Source: Vicinamibacterales bacterium (GTDB lineage: Bacteria; Acidobacteriota; Vicinamibacteria; Vicinamibacterales; UBA8438). Taken from it: a DNA stretch of 64,000 bases. The DNA lies in the NCBI GenBank assembly GCA_965215105.1, contig OZ244051.1:5073003-5137002 (forward strand), read 5' to 3'. The notes below the pieces were generated by a model that worked only from the letters and a program-made list of their open reading frames with translations, had not been told where the DNA came from and made no database searches. Made by a program: the position numbers and the translations under genes. Shown in pieces: positions 1 to 10,067 of the stretch. Within the stretch, counting starts at the first letter, position 1. Every line of letters begins with the position of its first letter.

Positions 1-1035
1 CCGTACGCCGCGCAGGGGCTCTCGGATCGGGACGCGCGCATCTACGGCATGATCACGAACATCGACGACAACGTCGGCCGCCTGATCGCGCATCTGGACG
101 CTCACGATCTGGCCCGCGACACCCTCGTCGTCTTCATGACCGACAACGGGCCGACGACGCGCCTGTACCACGCCGGCCTGCGGGCGCAGAAGGGCAGCGT
201 CTACGAGAACGGCATCCGCGTGCCCTTCGTGGTCCGCTGGCCCGCGCGGCTCGCCCCGGCCGCCGTGGACACCGTGGGCGCGCACATCGACCTCACGCCG
301 ACCCTGCTCGCCGCGGCGGGGGTCTCCCCGCCGCCCGGCCTCGCCTTCGACGGGCTGAGCCTGCTGCCGTTGTGGGAGGGGCGCGCCGCCGCATGGCCCG
401 AGAGGAGCTACGTCGTGCAGTCGCATCGCGGCAACGCGCCGACGCGGTACCGCGCCTTCGCGGTCATCGGCCCGCGCTACAAGCTGGTGCAGGCGATGAG
501 CTTCGGCCAGCCCGCCCCGCCCGACGCGCGGTTCGAGCTCTACGACCTGCTGGAAGACCCCGGCGAGACGGCCGACCTCGCCGCCGGGCGCCCGGACGTC
601 GTCGAGCGGTTGACCGCCGCCTACGACCGCTGGTTCGAGGACGTGTCGGCGACGCGCGGCTACCATCCCGTGCGGTTCGCGATCGGCAGCGACCGCCAGC
701 CGCACGTCACCCTCACCCGCCAGGACTGGCGCATGGTGTCGACCCCCGACGGCTGGGGCCGGGACCAGCCGGTGCTCGGCGTGTGGGAGGTCGACTCGCG
801 CTCGGCCGGGCCGTACGACGTCACCGTCACCTTCGCGACACCGGCCGCGGCCGACGGCGCCGCCCGCATCGCGTTCCGCGGGTTCGAGCGCTCGATGCCG
901 GTCGTCGCGGGCGCCGGGCAGGTCCGGTTCGAGGACGTCCGGCTGGAGACCGGTCCGGGGACGTTCGAGGCCAGCCTCACGACGGCCGGCGAGGAGCCGC
1001 GCGGCGCCTGGCATGTCGATGTCGCACGCCGGTAG
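1..1035 (+). CDS. Arylsulfatase / sulfatase-like hydrolase, 5'-truncated by the window edge
   Basis: The frame is open from base 1. Sulfatase C-terminal motifs: '[12 protein letters not shown]', '[12 protein letters not shown]', '[18 protein letters not shown]', '[16 protein letters not shown]'. Confidence 0.9.
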   Translation, partial: PYAAQGLSDRDARIYGMITNIDDNVGRLIAHLDAHDLARDTLVVFMTDNGPTTRLYHAGLRAQKGSVYENGIRVPFVVRWPARLAPAAVDTVGAHIDLTPTLLAAAGVSPPPGLAFDGLSLLPLWEGRAAAWPERSYVVQSHRGNAPTRYRAFAVIGPRYKLVQAMSFGQPAPPDARFELYDLLEDPGETADLAAGRPDVVERLTAAYDRWFEDVSATRGYHPVRFAIGSDRQPHVTLTRQDWRMVSTPDGWGRDQPVLGVWEVDSRSAGPYDVTVTFATPAAADGAARIAFRGFERSMPVVAGAGQVRFEDVRLETGPGTFEASLTTAGEEPRGAWHVDVARR

Positions 1036-1082
1036 GGATGCACCCGCCAGCGCGCACGGCCGATAACGCGACCGAGCAACCC

Positions 1083-1853
1083 ATGGCCAGCGGAACCGCC
1101 GGAGTGAAACGGGCGCGCTCTCGAGGAGGTCCCGGCCGTCGGCGCCGGTCGTGGGGGGCGCGTCTGCGCAGGCTCTGCCTCCTGCTCGGTCTCCTCGGCC
1201 TCGGCGCCCCGGTGCTCGCCGTGGTGATCCTGCGATGGGTGCCGCCGCCGACCACCGCGTTCATGGTGCGGAGCGCCCAAGCGCGCGCGGACGCGCCGGG
1301 ACGGCCCGCGGCCGGCTACCGCTGGACGGCCTGGGACGACATCGCCCCCTACGCGGCCCTCGCCGTGATCGCCTCCGAGGACCAGCGCTTCCCCCGCCAC
1401 CACGGCTTCGACGTCGACGCCATCCGCCTCGCCCTCGAGGAGGCCCGGCAGGGCGAGCGCCTTCGCGGCGCCAGCACCATCTCGCAGCAGACGGTCAAGA
1501 ACCTCTTCCTGTGGCCCGGCCGCAGCTTCGTCCGCAAGGGGCTCGAGGCCTGGCTCACCGTGCTCGTCGAGCTCTGCTGGAGCAAGCAGCGCATCCTCGA
1601 GGTCTACCTGAACGTCGCCGAGTTCGGCGACGGCCTCTTCGGCATCACCGCCGCGAGCGAGCGCTTCTTCGGCAAGCGCCCCGCCGACCTCGGCCCCGAC
1701 GAGGCGGCGCGCCTCGCCGCCGTCCTCCCCAACCCCGTCTGGCTGCGCGCCGACGATCCGTCCCCCTACGTCCGCGCCCGCGAGTCGTGGATCCGCGAGC
1801 AGATGGACGCCCTCGGCGGCGTTGCGCTCGTCGAGTCGCTCGATGCCCGGTGA
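1083..1853 (+). CDS. mtgA: Monofunctional biosynthetic peptidoglycan transglycosylase
   Basis: GT51 motifs '[14 protein letters not shown]', '[17 protein letters not shown]', 'RKGLEA', '[13 protein letters not shown]', plus an N-terminal TM. Start is ATG 1083 or 1038. Confidence 0.92.
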   Translation: MASGTAGVKRARSRGGPGRRRRSWGARLRRLCLLLGLLGLGAPVLAVVILRWVPPPTTAFMVRSAQARADAPGRPAAGYRWTAWDDIAPYAALAVIASEDQRFPRHHGFDVDAIRLALEEARQGERLRGASTISQQTVKNLFLWPGRSFVRKGLEAWLTVLVELCWSKQRILEVYLNVAEFGDGLFGITAASERFFGKRPADLGPDEAARLAAVLPNPVWLRADDPSPYVRARESWIREQMDALGGVALVESLDAR

Positions 1854-1891
1854 CAGCCGGGTTCTTGACGAGGGGGTGCCTGGGCAATCGG

Positions 1892-2485
1892 TCAGCAGTT
1901 GTCCTCGTCGGCGCGCAGGCGCTGCAGTGCGGCGCGGCCCCGCGGCGACAGCTCGTAGCCGACCGGCAGGCTGACGGTGAGCCCGAGGTTCTTGAGCTTG
2001 CGGACCTGCGGCTTCAGCCAGTCCTTCTCGCAACCCAGCCGCCGGGCGAGCGTCCGGGCGGCGACCCCGGGGCTGGCCTCGATCTCGGCCAGCACGCGCA
2101 GCGTCCACGGACCTGGCGGCGACCTCGCGTCGAGCCGCGTCAGCCGGCGCAGGAGATCGTCGGCGTCCGCTTCCGAGAGCTCGTCCTGCCGCCGGAGCGC
2201 GATGCGCGGATCGGCGCCAGCGAACTCCACAGAGATGCGATAGAGCTGCCCTGCGCGCGAGCCGAGATCCTCCAGCAGCGCGGCTCGTGAGGCGTAGCCT
2301 GCGGACATCGCGTCGGCATCGGAGACGCCCGATTCCTCCACCGCGGCGACCTCGATGATGCGGAGCACGCCGAGGGCGGTGCGCAGGCTGCCGCCGGTGC
2401 GGACCGTCGGCCTTCGCCAACGGCGGAACACCAGGGAGACCTCTCCCCGCACGATGCGCTCGAGCGCGGCGGTCCGCAGCAGCAC
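1892..2485 (-). CDS. ASCH/PUA-like domain protein with C-terminal winged-helix
   Basis: N-terminal 'LERIVRGEVSLVFRRWRRPTVRTGG' is ASCH-like. C-terminal 'ARTLARRLG...KPQVRKLKNLGLTVSLPVGYELSPRG' is wHTH-like. Confidence 0.7.
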   Translation of the reverse strand: MLLRTAALERIVRGEVSLVFRRWRRPTVRTGGSLRTALGVLRIIEVAAVEESGVSDADAMSAGYASRAALLEDLGSRAGQLYRISVEFAGADPRIALRRQDELSEADADDLLRRLTRLDARSPPGPWTLRVLAEIEASPGVAARTLARRLGCEKDWLKPQVRKLKNLGLTVSLPVGYELSPRGRAALQRLRADEDNC

Positions 2486-2520
2486 GGCGTGTCCTCGGTT
2501 CTTCGGTCGTCGACGCTCCC

Positions 2521-2664
2521 CGGTCCGGGCGGCGACGACGACCCCGGTTCTGAGCGCGTCAACGCTCCTCGGTCAAGCGCGGTGACGATGGCCTCCGCTC
2601 TGAGCGCATCAACGCGCTTCGGTCAGCGCGGCGACGATGGCCCCGGCCCTGAGTGCGTCCGGCG
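2521..2664. repeat. Three degenerate ~50-bp tandem units; the third is the 3' end of the DUF4236 gene
   Basis: Units of the form cggtc..gcggYgacgaYgRcc...Yctgag(c/t)gc(g/a)tc begin at about 2521, 2570 and 2620. Confidence 0.75.
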
Positions 2665-3895
2665 TCGTCAGGCAGGTGGGCGTGGCCACGTTGTCGCGGG
2701 TCAGGATCAGCAGTTGGCGATCGTGGTCCACCTCGACGTCCAGGATCTTGCCGATCGGGAACGAGGTCACCCCCTGGTGGACCAGCGCCACCCGCCGGCT
2801 CGTCACGAGGAGCGTGCCCTCCTTGTCGATTACGTAGCCGCGCACCTTGTAGCGCTGCCCGCCCCGCGTGAACGACCGCAGCAGGCGGCGCTTCAGCAGC
2901 CGCCCCTCGCCCTCCAGGTGGCACACTTCGCGGCTCGAGAGCCTCACGGTCGCGTCGACCAGCGGGAGGTCGCCGTCGCGAATGGCCCGAAGCTCCCGGA
3001 GCCGTTCGAGGAGCGCCAGCTCGTCGGCGAGCTCCTCGTCCGTCAGCTCGAAGGCGGCCCGCACCCGGTCGAGCGCCTGCTCCTCCGCCTCGGTGAGGTC
3101 GTGGTCGCTCACCGCCTCGACGTGGGCCCGCGAGTACGCGTCGAGCCGCGCCCGGTGGCGGAACGCGGGGTCGATGCCTACGAGGCCGTCCACCTCGGCG
3201 AGCCGCACCAGCGCCTGCGGATCGCTCGCGCCGTTCGCGGTCGCATCCTCCAGCAAGCCCAGGTATGCCCGCTGCTCGAAGTAGCGAGCGTCGGCGGGCG
3301 TGAGCGCCGGGTCTCGGCGCGCCGCGTCGATGGCGGATCTCTCGTCGTCCGTTATCGCATCGCCGGCCGCAACGCGCGCATCGAGCAGACGGCCGTACGC
3401 GTCGCCGGCCGCCCGCCGCTTCCCGCGCCTGGCGCCGAGGGCGACCAGGCCCGCGAAGACCAGGGCCGCGACCACCGCGGGGAAGGGCGACGGCAGGAGC
3501 AGGCCGGCCGCGACGGCGCCCAGGGCGAGCCACCCGTAGGTCGGCGGCGCGCTCCGGACGGGTTCGGCGATGGCCTCGGGCGCCTGCTCGCGCTGCGGGA
3601 GCGCGCCGTAGGTCACGCCGGTGTCCTCGGTCAGCTCGACGGGGCCGAGCGCGGCGGGACCCGTAGCGGGTGCGCGTCCGCCGTCCGCGCGTTCGACCCC
3701 TGCGCGTCCGGCTCCTCCGCCTCCGAGCGACTTCCGGTAGTAGAGGCCGCCGCGCCCGCCGTGCACGTACGCGCGGCCCCGGGACGACACGCCGAGACGA
3801 GCGCCGGTCACGCCGAACGACGCGCCGAAGCCGCTCTTCGAGAGATTGAACCGGACGGGCCCGGCGCGAAAGGACTTCCTGAGATAGAAACCCAC
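2609..3895 (-). CDS. DUF4236-domain membrane protein with helical (TerB-like) region and PH-like C-terminus
   Basis: N-terminus 'MGFYLRKSFRAGPVRFNLSKSGFGASFGVTGAR' is typical of DUF4236. It is followed by two TM segments, 'DHDLTEAEEQALDRV' and 'EGTLLVTSRRVALV'. Confidence 0.75.
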   Translation of the reverse strand: MGFYLRKSFRAGPVRFNLSKSGFGASFGVTGARLGVSSRGRAYVHGGRGGLYYRKSLGGGGAGRAGVERADGGRAPATGPAALGPVELTEDTGVTYGALPQREQAPEAIAEPVRSAPPTYGWLALGAVAAGLLLPSPFPAVVAALVFAGLVALGARRGKRRAAGDAYGRLLDARVAAGDAITDDERSAIDAARRDPALTPADARYFEQRAYLGLLEDATANGASDPQALVRLAEVDGLVGIDPAFRHRARLDAYSRAHVEAVSDHDLTEAEEQALDRVRAAFELTDEELADELALLERLRELRAIRDGDLPLVDATVRLSSREVCHLEGEGRLLKRRLLRSFTRGGQRYKVRGYVIDKEGTLLVTSRRVALVHQGVTSFPIGKILDVEVDHDRQLLILTRDNVATPTCLTTPDALRAGAIVAALTEAR

Positions 3896-3910
3896 CTGCT
3901 GCGCAGACTC

Positions 3911-4429
3911 CTACAGGAGCTTCTCCAGATAGCACACGTCGCGGAACCGGCCCTTCAGCCGCACATGCCGCCTGGCCACGCCGATCTTCTCGAAGCCGAG
4001 ACGGCCGTAGAACCGGAGCGCCCGCTCGTTGTCGGCCAGGACCTGTATGGCTATCTTCCCGTAGCCCTTGCCCTGGGCGAAATCGAAACAAGTCTCGGCG
4101 AGCAGCCGTCCGATCCTGCGTCGGCGAAAGCTCCGCTCTATCCACGTTCCGAGCGTCGCGACATGCCGCATCGAGTCGGTGTAGCGGGCCGAGGCATCCG
4201 GCTCGATGCTCTGGATGCCGGCGATGCGGCCGTCCACCTCGGCCACGAACAGCGCGCTGCGATCGCAGAGCCCCTCGATGAAGGCACGCTCCTCGGCTTC
4301 CGTGAAGGGGGTCGTCAGCGCGGTGTGCTCCCCTTCCAGGATGACCGAGTTGAGCACGGACGCGACCGCCGCTGCGTCGTCCGGCACCGCCTTCCTGACG
4401 ACGGGGTCCGTCCGTGAGCGCGGGGTCAT
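3911..4429 (-). CDS. GNAT family N-acetyltransferase
   Basis: Motifs 'RRRRIGRLL' (motif A-like), 'VLADNERALRFYGRLGFEKIG', 'FRDVCYLEKLL'. Start ATG 4429 chosen inside a longer ORF. Confidence 0.88.
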   Translation of the reverse strand: MTPRSRTDPVVRKAVPDDAAAVASVLNSVILEGEHTALTTPFTEAEERAFIEGLCDRSALFVAEVDGRIAGIQSIEPDASARYTDSMRHVATLGTWIERSFRRRRIGRLLAETCFDFAQGKGYGKIAIQVLADNERALRFYGRLGFEKIGVARRHVRLKGRFRDVCYLEKLL

Positions 4430-4461
4430 CGAGCGCCGGCCAATCTCGGGGGCCCTGCGAT

Positions 4462-4896
4462 TCAGGAGGCCCGGCCCGGCCAGCCCGTCACGCTCCAGAG
4501 CACGACCGCGGCGGCGGCGACGTGCTGCACCATCAGGATGACCACGGCGGCGACGGTGGCGCCCGGAAACGCCGCGGCGCCGCCGTCGGTGAGCATCAGG
4601 AGGTCGGGGACGAGCGACACCAGCAGCGCGACCATCACGATGCGCTGGAACAGGGGGACGGGCCGGGCGGACAGCTTCTGGACCGCGACCGCGACCCCCA
4701 GCCCGGCGGCGACGCCGACGACGGTCAGGAACACCGTCGGCCCCGCCGTCGCCAGGGGCTCGAACTCGGCCGGCACGTCGAAGGCCGCGAGCCCCGCCGC
4801 CCGCACGACGAGATTGGCCGCCACCGCCCCGAGGATCGTTCGCAGCCACACCGCCCAGGCCCGAGATCCCGCCGCCGCCAGTCGGTTCGCAGCCAT
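4462..4896 (-). CDS. Four-TM membrane protein (DUF6069-like)
   Basis: Four hydrophobic helices; 'VALLVSLVPD' and 'LMVQHVAAAAVV'. Confidence 0.6.
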   Translation of the reverse strand: MAANRLAAAGSRAWAVWLRTILGAVAANLVVRAAGLAAFDVPAEFEPLATAGPTVFLTVVGVAAGLGVAVAVQKLSARPVPLFQRIVMVALLVSLVPDLLMLTDGGAAAFPGATVAAVVILMVQHVAAAAVVLWSVTGWPGRAS

Positions 4897-5460
4897 TCAA
4901 CGCACCTCCTCGAAGGACTCGACCAGCAGGCGCCCGGACCCGTCCGGCGGGGCGTCCCAGCGTCCGGTCATTCTCAACCGGCGGTCGCTCGGCTCGGTCG
5001 CCAGGGCCGCGGCACCGTCCGCCGGAGCGAGCGGGAGGGCGAAGTCGGGGGACAGCGACAGGGCAAGACCGCCGCTCACGCGTGCAAGATGCCCGACAGC
5101 GGTGACGGCGATGCCGTCGGGCATGAAGCCGGCGCTGCGGACCGTGTCGCGTACGGCGGCGAGGTCCAGGCGATGGCCGGGCTCGACGGTGACGACGATG
5201 CGTCCGTCGGCCGGTCGGACCTCGACGCCGGCGACGTGATCCAGGCGGTTCAACCGGCGTTCCAGTCCCAGGGCGCACGAGGGGCACGACAGCTCGGCCT
5301 CGACGGTGACCGTCACCATGCCCGGCTCGTCGGGTGACTGCGGGGCGGCGTCGGCGCTCGTCGATGGCAGACCGAGCAGCAGCGCGGCCAGTGCGAACGG
5401 CAACGTCGAGGATGAGGTCGATCCGACGAGTCGAGGCCGGTTGCGCATCGCCGATTCCAT
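4897..5460 (-). CDS. Secreted heavy-metal-associated (HMA) domain protein
   Basis: GGAGG RBS before ATG 5460, a signal peptide ending ADA/AAP, and the HMA motif 'ELSCPSCALGLERRL' followed by 'VRDTVRSAGF'. Confidence 0.8.
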   Translation of the reverse strand: MESAMRNRPRLVGSTSSSTLPFALAALLLGLPSTSADAAPQSPDEPGMVTVTVEAELSCPSCALGLERRLNRLDHVAGVEVRPADGRIVVTVEPGHRLDLAAVRDTVRSAGFMPDGIAVTAVGHLARVSGGLALSLSPDFALPLAPADGAAALATEPSDRRLRMTGRWDAPPDGSGRLLVESFEEVR

Positions 5461-5661
5461 CCGTCTGCCTCCTGGGTGGGGTGCCGGGTTTCCGTGCCGC
5501 TCCGGCAATGATACAGGCCGGCGGGGACGGGGCGAGGCCCCGCTACGCCGATTGGAGGCTCGGCCCGTGCGGACACGGCGGTCGGCGCGGCCAACGGCGG
5601 GCGGTGTTACACGGGATTTACCCGCGGCGCACGCCATCCGCGGTACCCTCTGGGCATCGTC

Positions 5662-7227
5662 ATGCCGTCATCGGATCGGTGGCCTCCGCGGGTCACTCCA
5701 TTCCGCGTCACGAACGTCCCGTGTAGCTGTTCGGCGGCAAGGGCAATCGCTTGGGGGGCGATGCTCGCTGCCGCGGCGCTGGTCCCCTTTTCGGGCGGAC
5801 GGGCGGAGGCGGCGGGATCCGTGCCGGGCGCGCGCGGGGGAGCGGAGCGGGCCGGGCAATCCGAACCCGCAGCCGGTTGCGCCCCTGCCCTTGCCCTGGG
5901 CGATGTGGGCATCGCCGCGGGGGGGCAGTTCCGCCTGATGGGCAACCGGTCGAACTTCGGCTTCCACGACCGGACGGCCGACCCCGATCAGGCCCCGAAC
6001 ACCATCGGCAACCAGCGGTTCCGCACCTGGGTCAACGTCCACGACCGCGCCTCTTGCCGCTACGGGGGCTATGCGCAGATCGAGATCGGGCACCTGGACC
6101 TGGGGAGCGGCCTCGAGTTCCCCAAGACGTTCGGGCCGGGCGGCGATCAGGTCGGGGTGGAGATGCGGCGCGGGTTCCTCTGGTTCCGACCGGCCGAGGG
6201 GGCGCTGGTCCGGGCCGGCGTGCTGCCCTGGGAGGACCGCTTCGGCGAGCGGCCGACGTTCGCCGATCCGCTGTGGGGGATCAACCGGGCCGCGACCGGC
6301 CGGGCCCCGCTCGCGAACTCGGACTGGGAGTTCAGCGTGTCGGGCGTCACCCTGGAGGCCACCGCGGGCGACGCGTGGCACTACGCGCTGGGCGCCCTCC
6401 TCCTCGACCGGGACGCGCGGCCGGGGGGCGGGCAGGACGGGTCGTGGCTGCTGACGGTCGATCTGGACCGGGAGATCGGCTCGTCGCTGTGGGGGGCGAG
6501 CGTCTACTACCTGCGCGACGACGCCGGCTATTCCTACGGGGAGTTCGGCGGCCCGGCGGCGGCGAGCGGGGCGGCGGTCGAGCGCAGCCGCGACCTCTGG
6601 GTCGGCGGGCGGGGCCACGTGGAGCACGCGGGCGGGTCGACCGGGGTCTTCCTCATCCTGAACTCGGGCGAGATTCCCGCCTTCGGCTGGTCGCACACCG
6701 GCTGGTCGGCCAAGGTCGCCACGACCCTTCCGGCCGGCCGCGGCGCGGTCCACCTGCAGGGGTTCTACGCGACCGGCGACGACGGCGGCGACCCGAACCG
6801 CTCGGGCGAGTTCCGGACCATCGCCCAGAGCGTGCGCGACGACCTCGGGGGGCAGGCGTACTGGAGCCTCGTCGGGCTGACGTCGCCGCGGGGGCCGTCC
6901 GACGTGAACGATCTCGGCATCGGGCTCCAGAACGGCGGTCTCGGCCTCCGGACGCTGCAGGCGGGCTACGAGCACCCCCTGGCCGACCGGTGGACGGCGT
7001 ATCTCGCGGCCGGGTGGCTGCGATCCGACGCCCCGCGCCCCACGAACGGGTCGACCGCCATCGGCACCGAGTTGCTGGTGGAGGCACGGTGGGCGATGGG
7101 CGCGATGATGGCCCTCGAGCTCGGCGCCTCGGTGCTGCTCGCCGGCGACTTCTTCAAGCCGGATGCCGCCGCTCTCGCGCCCGCGGCGCTCCACCAGGTC
7201 TACAGCCGGTGGCAGCTCGAGTTTTGA
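5662..7227 (+). CDS. Outer-membrane beta-barrel / porin-like protein
   Basis: Signal peptide, amphipathic strands, 'LQGFYATGDD', 'IGTELLVEARW', and a C-terminal BAM-type motif 'RWQLEF'. Start uncertain (5662 or 5761). Confidence 0.7.
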   Translation: MPSSDRWPPRVTPFRVTNVPCSCSAARAIAWGAMLAAAALVPFSGGRAEAAGSVPGARGGAERAGQSEPAAGCAPALALGDVGIAAGGQFRLMGNRSNFGFHDRTADPDQAPNTIGNQRFRTWVNVHDRASCRYGGYAQIEIGHLDLGSGLEFPKTFGPGGDQVGVEMRRGFLWFRPAEGALVRAGVLPWEDRFGERPTFADPLWGINRAATGRAPLANSDWEFSVSGVTLEATAGDAWHYALGALLLDRDARPGGGQDGSWLLTVDLDREIGSSLWGASVYYLRDDAGYSYGEFGGPAAASGAAVERSRDLWVGGRGHVEHAGGSTGVFLILNSGEIPAFGWSHTGWSAKVATTLPAGRGAVHLQGFYATGDDGGDPNRSGEFRTIAQSVRDDLGGQAYWSLVGLTSPRGPSDVNDLGIGLQNGGLGLRTLQAGYEHPLADRWTAYLAAGWLRSDAPRPTNGSTAIGTELLVEARWAMGAMMALELGASVLLAGDFFKPDAAALAPAALHQVYSRWQLEF

Positions 7228-7479
7228 CGCGCCCGTCGGCCGGCCGCGCGTCCCGTCCGGCGGCCGGTGGGGAGCCGGCGCCCTTGCGGCGGCGGGCGGC
7301 TCGACCCGCGCGTCGATGGGGCCGGCGACCGCGCGTGTCGGCGACGGCGCAAGAATGGAACGCACGCGAACCCGCGGCCGCCCCTCGCGTGCGGCCCGCG
7401 CCGAGGCGACGAGCAGCAGGGCGACCCGCGCGCATTGCAGTGCGCGTTCGATGCGTGGGCGTTGGGCCTTGTCCGAACC

Positions 7480-7633
7480 TGGCCCGCCAATCATCGCCTG
7501 CGGCTCCCCGGACGCCGAGCCGGCCCGACCGGGGGGCGGCGCTTTCTCGCCCGCCCATCGTCGCCCCCGGCTCTGCCGGGCGCCCGACCAACCCTCCAGG
7601 AAGTCCGTGCCGGTCTACGGCGCAGACTCCTGG
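7480..7633 (-). repeat. REP-like dispersed repeat (degenerate, partly duplicated copy)
   Basis: 'gcccgccaatcatcgcctgcggctcc' and 'ccaaccctccaggaagtccgtgccggtctacggcgcagactcctgg' match the copies at 17025 and 55269. Confidence 0.75.
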
Positions 7634-7935
7634 CCGGAGGCGGCGCGGTTCCACGACGCAGGCGCCCGGCCGCCGGGCGCCCTGAGCCGGTCCCGGGGCG
7701 GTTCGCGCACTCCCCTCTGGAAGGGAGACGAGGGCGCCATGACGGAGTTGCCGCGAGCAAGCGGGTCCCGACCGGCGGAACGAACAGGGGTAACGCGATG
7801 GTGGTCATCGACGCGGTTTCCAAGGAAGCAGGAGGGGCAGCCGCCGCGGAGCCCTGCCGCGGACGGCTGACTCTGATATTATTAAAGGCTGCGTTTTCGC
7901 CCGCGCCGCGAAAACGGGGGCGCACGATCGTACGC

Positions 7936-8949
7936 ATGCATCAATCACCCGATCCAGGCGGCCAGCGGCCCGGTCCCGCGTCGCCGACAAGGCAGGGCCC
8001 ATCGTCGCGGGCTGCGAGGCGCGGCCCCGCGAAGCCGAAGCGCGCCGCCCCCGCCATTCCCATTCTCCTCGCCGCGGCGATGCTCGCGTCGTCGGGGTGC
8101 TCGCTGCGGACGATGGCCGTCAACGCCGTCGTGCCGGTGCTGGCCGACCCCGCGGTGTACCTGTCCGAAGAGGATCCCGAGCTGGTCCGCGAGTCGCTGC
8201 CGTTCCTGCTCAAGACCCTGGAGTCGATCATCCTCGCCGAGCCCGAGCAGGACGAGGCCCTGGTCTCCGCCTGCTCCGGGTTCACCCTCCTGGGAAACGC
8301 CTTCCTGCAGGTCGACGCCGACATCGCGAGTTGGGACGGCGAGTACGACCGCGAGATCGAGCTGCGCGACCGCACGTGGAGGCTCTACGTGCGCGCCCGC
8401 GACTATTGCCTGCGCAGCCTCGAGCTGCGGTACGAGGGCGTCGGAGACGACCTGCGCGAGGACCCCGCGGCGGCCCTGGCCGTCACCGGGGCCGAGGACG
8501 TCGAGGTGCTGTTCTACCTGAGCGCGGCGTGGGGGCTGGCGATATCGAACGCCCTCGACCAGCCGGACCTCATCGCGGATCTGCCGGCGGTGCGGGCGCT
8601 CCTCGAGCGGGCCCTCGAGCTCGACGAGGACTACGGGCAGGGCTCGATTCACGCCGCCCTCATCACCGTCGAATCGCTGCCGGCGCAGCTCGGCGGCTCG
8701 CCCGAGCGGGCCCGCGAGCACTTCGAGCGGGCGGTCGAGCTGTCGGACGGCCTCGACGCCGGGCCCTACGTGACCCTCGCGCTCGGCGTCTCGGTGCCCG
8801 AGGAGGACCGGGCCGAGTTCGAGGACCTGCTGAATCAGGCCCTGGCCATCGATCCGGACGAGGACACGAGCCGGCGCCTGCTCAACGTCGTGAACCAGAA
8901 GCGGGCGCGGCTGCTTCTCGACCGCGTCGACGACCTGTTTTTTGAATGA
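7936..8949 (+). CDS. TRAP transporter TatT component (TPR-like lipoprotein)
   Basis: Lipobox 'ASSGC', 'EEDPELVRESLPFLLKTLE', 'LGGSPERAREHFERAVELSDG', 'F..LL.QALAIDPD'; directly upstream of dctP. Start uncertain. Confidence 0.85.
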   Translation: MHQSPDPGGQRPGPASPTRQGPSSRAARRGPAKPKRAAPAIPILLAAAMLASSGCSLRTMAVNAVVPVLADPAVYLSEEDPELVRESLPFLLKTLESIILAEPEQDEALVSACSGFTLLGNAFLQVDADIASWDGEYDREIELRDRTWRLYVRARDYCLRSLELRYEGVGDDLREDPAAALAVTGAEDVEVLFYLSAAWGLAISNALDQPDLIADLPAVRALLERALELDEDYGQGSIHAALITVESLPAQLGGSPERAREHFERAVELSDGLDAGPYVTLALGVSVPEEDRAEFEDLLNQALAIDPDEDTSRRLLNVVNQKRARLLLDRVDDLFFE

Positions 8950-9043
8950 GGGTCCGAGCCGTGGAACGGCGCGGACTTCCGCAGGATTGGCAAGGCGGAC
9001 GGCGCCGCAAGCAGCGCTGTCCGGGCGAGAGGAGAACCGTTCG

Positions 9044-10045
9044 ATGAAACCGCGATCCCTGGTCGTCACCGTGGTCCTGGCGGCGCTGCTGGCGGCGCCG
9101 GCGATGCTGCTGGCCCAGCGCGCGACCCGCATCCAGCTCGGGTCGATCCTGCCCGCCAACTCCATCTGGGACCGGTCCCTGAAGGAGATGGCGGTCGAGT
9201 GGCGCGACGAGACCGACGGCCGGGTGCAGCTCCGCGTGCAGAGCGGGGCGTTCCGCGACGAGGCGGCGCTGGCCCGCCGCCTGCGGCGGGGCCGCCCCCA
9301 GGCCGCCGTCTTCGGGCTGCCCGGAGACATCCACGAGGCGTTCAGCGTCCTGAACATCCCGTTCTTCTTCGAGTCGGACGAAGAGGTGATGCACGTGGTC
9401 GGGGCGCTGACCCCGACCTTCGAGCGCATTCTCGCCGACGAGGGGATGGTCCTGCTGAACTGGGGCCACGCGGGCTGGGCGCACTTCTTCACCGAGAGCC
9501 GGGTGGAGAACCTCGACGACCTGCGGCGGACGAAGGTGTTCACGGCGGCCGGCGACGACCGGATGCTGCAATGGTACAAGGAGAACGGGTTCGATCCCCA
9601 GCCGCTGGCCGTCACCGACGTGCTGCTCGGCCTGAACACCGGCCTCATCAACGCCCACCCGAGCCCGCCCTACGTGGCCCTGCTGTTCCAGTGGTTCGAC
9701 CAGACCCCGTTCATGCTCGACGTGCCCCTCGCCCCGGTGCTGGGGATCACGGTGATGGCGGAGCGCACCTGGAACCGCATCGACCCCGGGGACCAGCAGG
9801 TGCTGCTGGCGTCGGCGAAGCGGCTCGAGGAGCAGTTGCTGCTCGACGTGGCCGCGCAGGAGCGCGAGTCCATCGAGGAGATGAAGCGGCGCGGCCTCAA
9901 CGTCGTCGAGATCGACGACGTCGGGAAGGCGGCGTTCCGGGCCGTCGCGGCCGAGATGACCGCGTCGTGGCGGGGCGACCTGATTCCCGCCGACGTCTAC
10001 GACCTGGCGGTCGAGGCGCGGGACAGCTTCCGGGCTCGCCGCTGA
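9044..10045 (+). CDS. dctP: TRAP substrate-binding protein DctP (TatP-like)
   Basis: GAGGAG RBS, signal peptide, 'LGSILPANSIW', 'LNIPFFFES', 'LGLNTGLINA'. Confidence 0.88.
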   Translation: MKPRSLVVTVVLAALLAAPAMLLAQRATRIQLGSILPANSIWDRSLKEMAVEWRDETDGRVQLRVQSGAFRDEAALARRLRRGRPQAAVFGLPGDIHEAFSVLNIPFFFESDEEVMHVVGALTPTFERILADEGMVLLNWGHAGWAHFFTESRVENLDDLRRTKVFTAAGDDRMLQWYKENGFDPQPLAVTDVLLGLNTGLINAHPSPPYVALLFQWFDQTPFMLDVPLAPVLGITVMAERTWNRIDPGDQQVLLASAKRLEEQLLLDVAAQERESIEEMKRRGLNVVEIDDVGKAAFRAVAAEMTASWRGDLIPADVYDLAVEARDSFRARR

Positions 10046-10067
10046 CGGCGTCCCGCCGCGATTCGTC

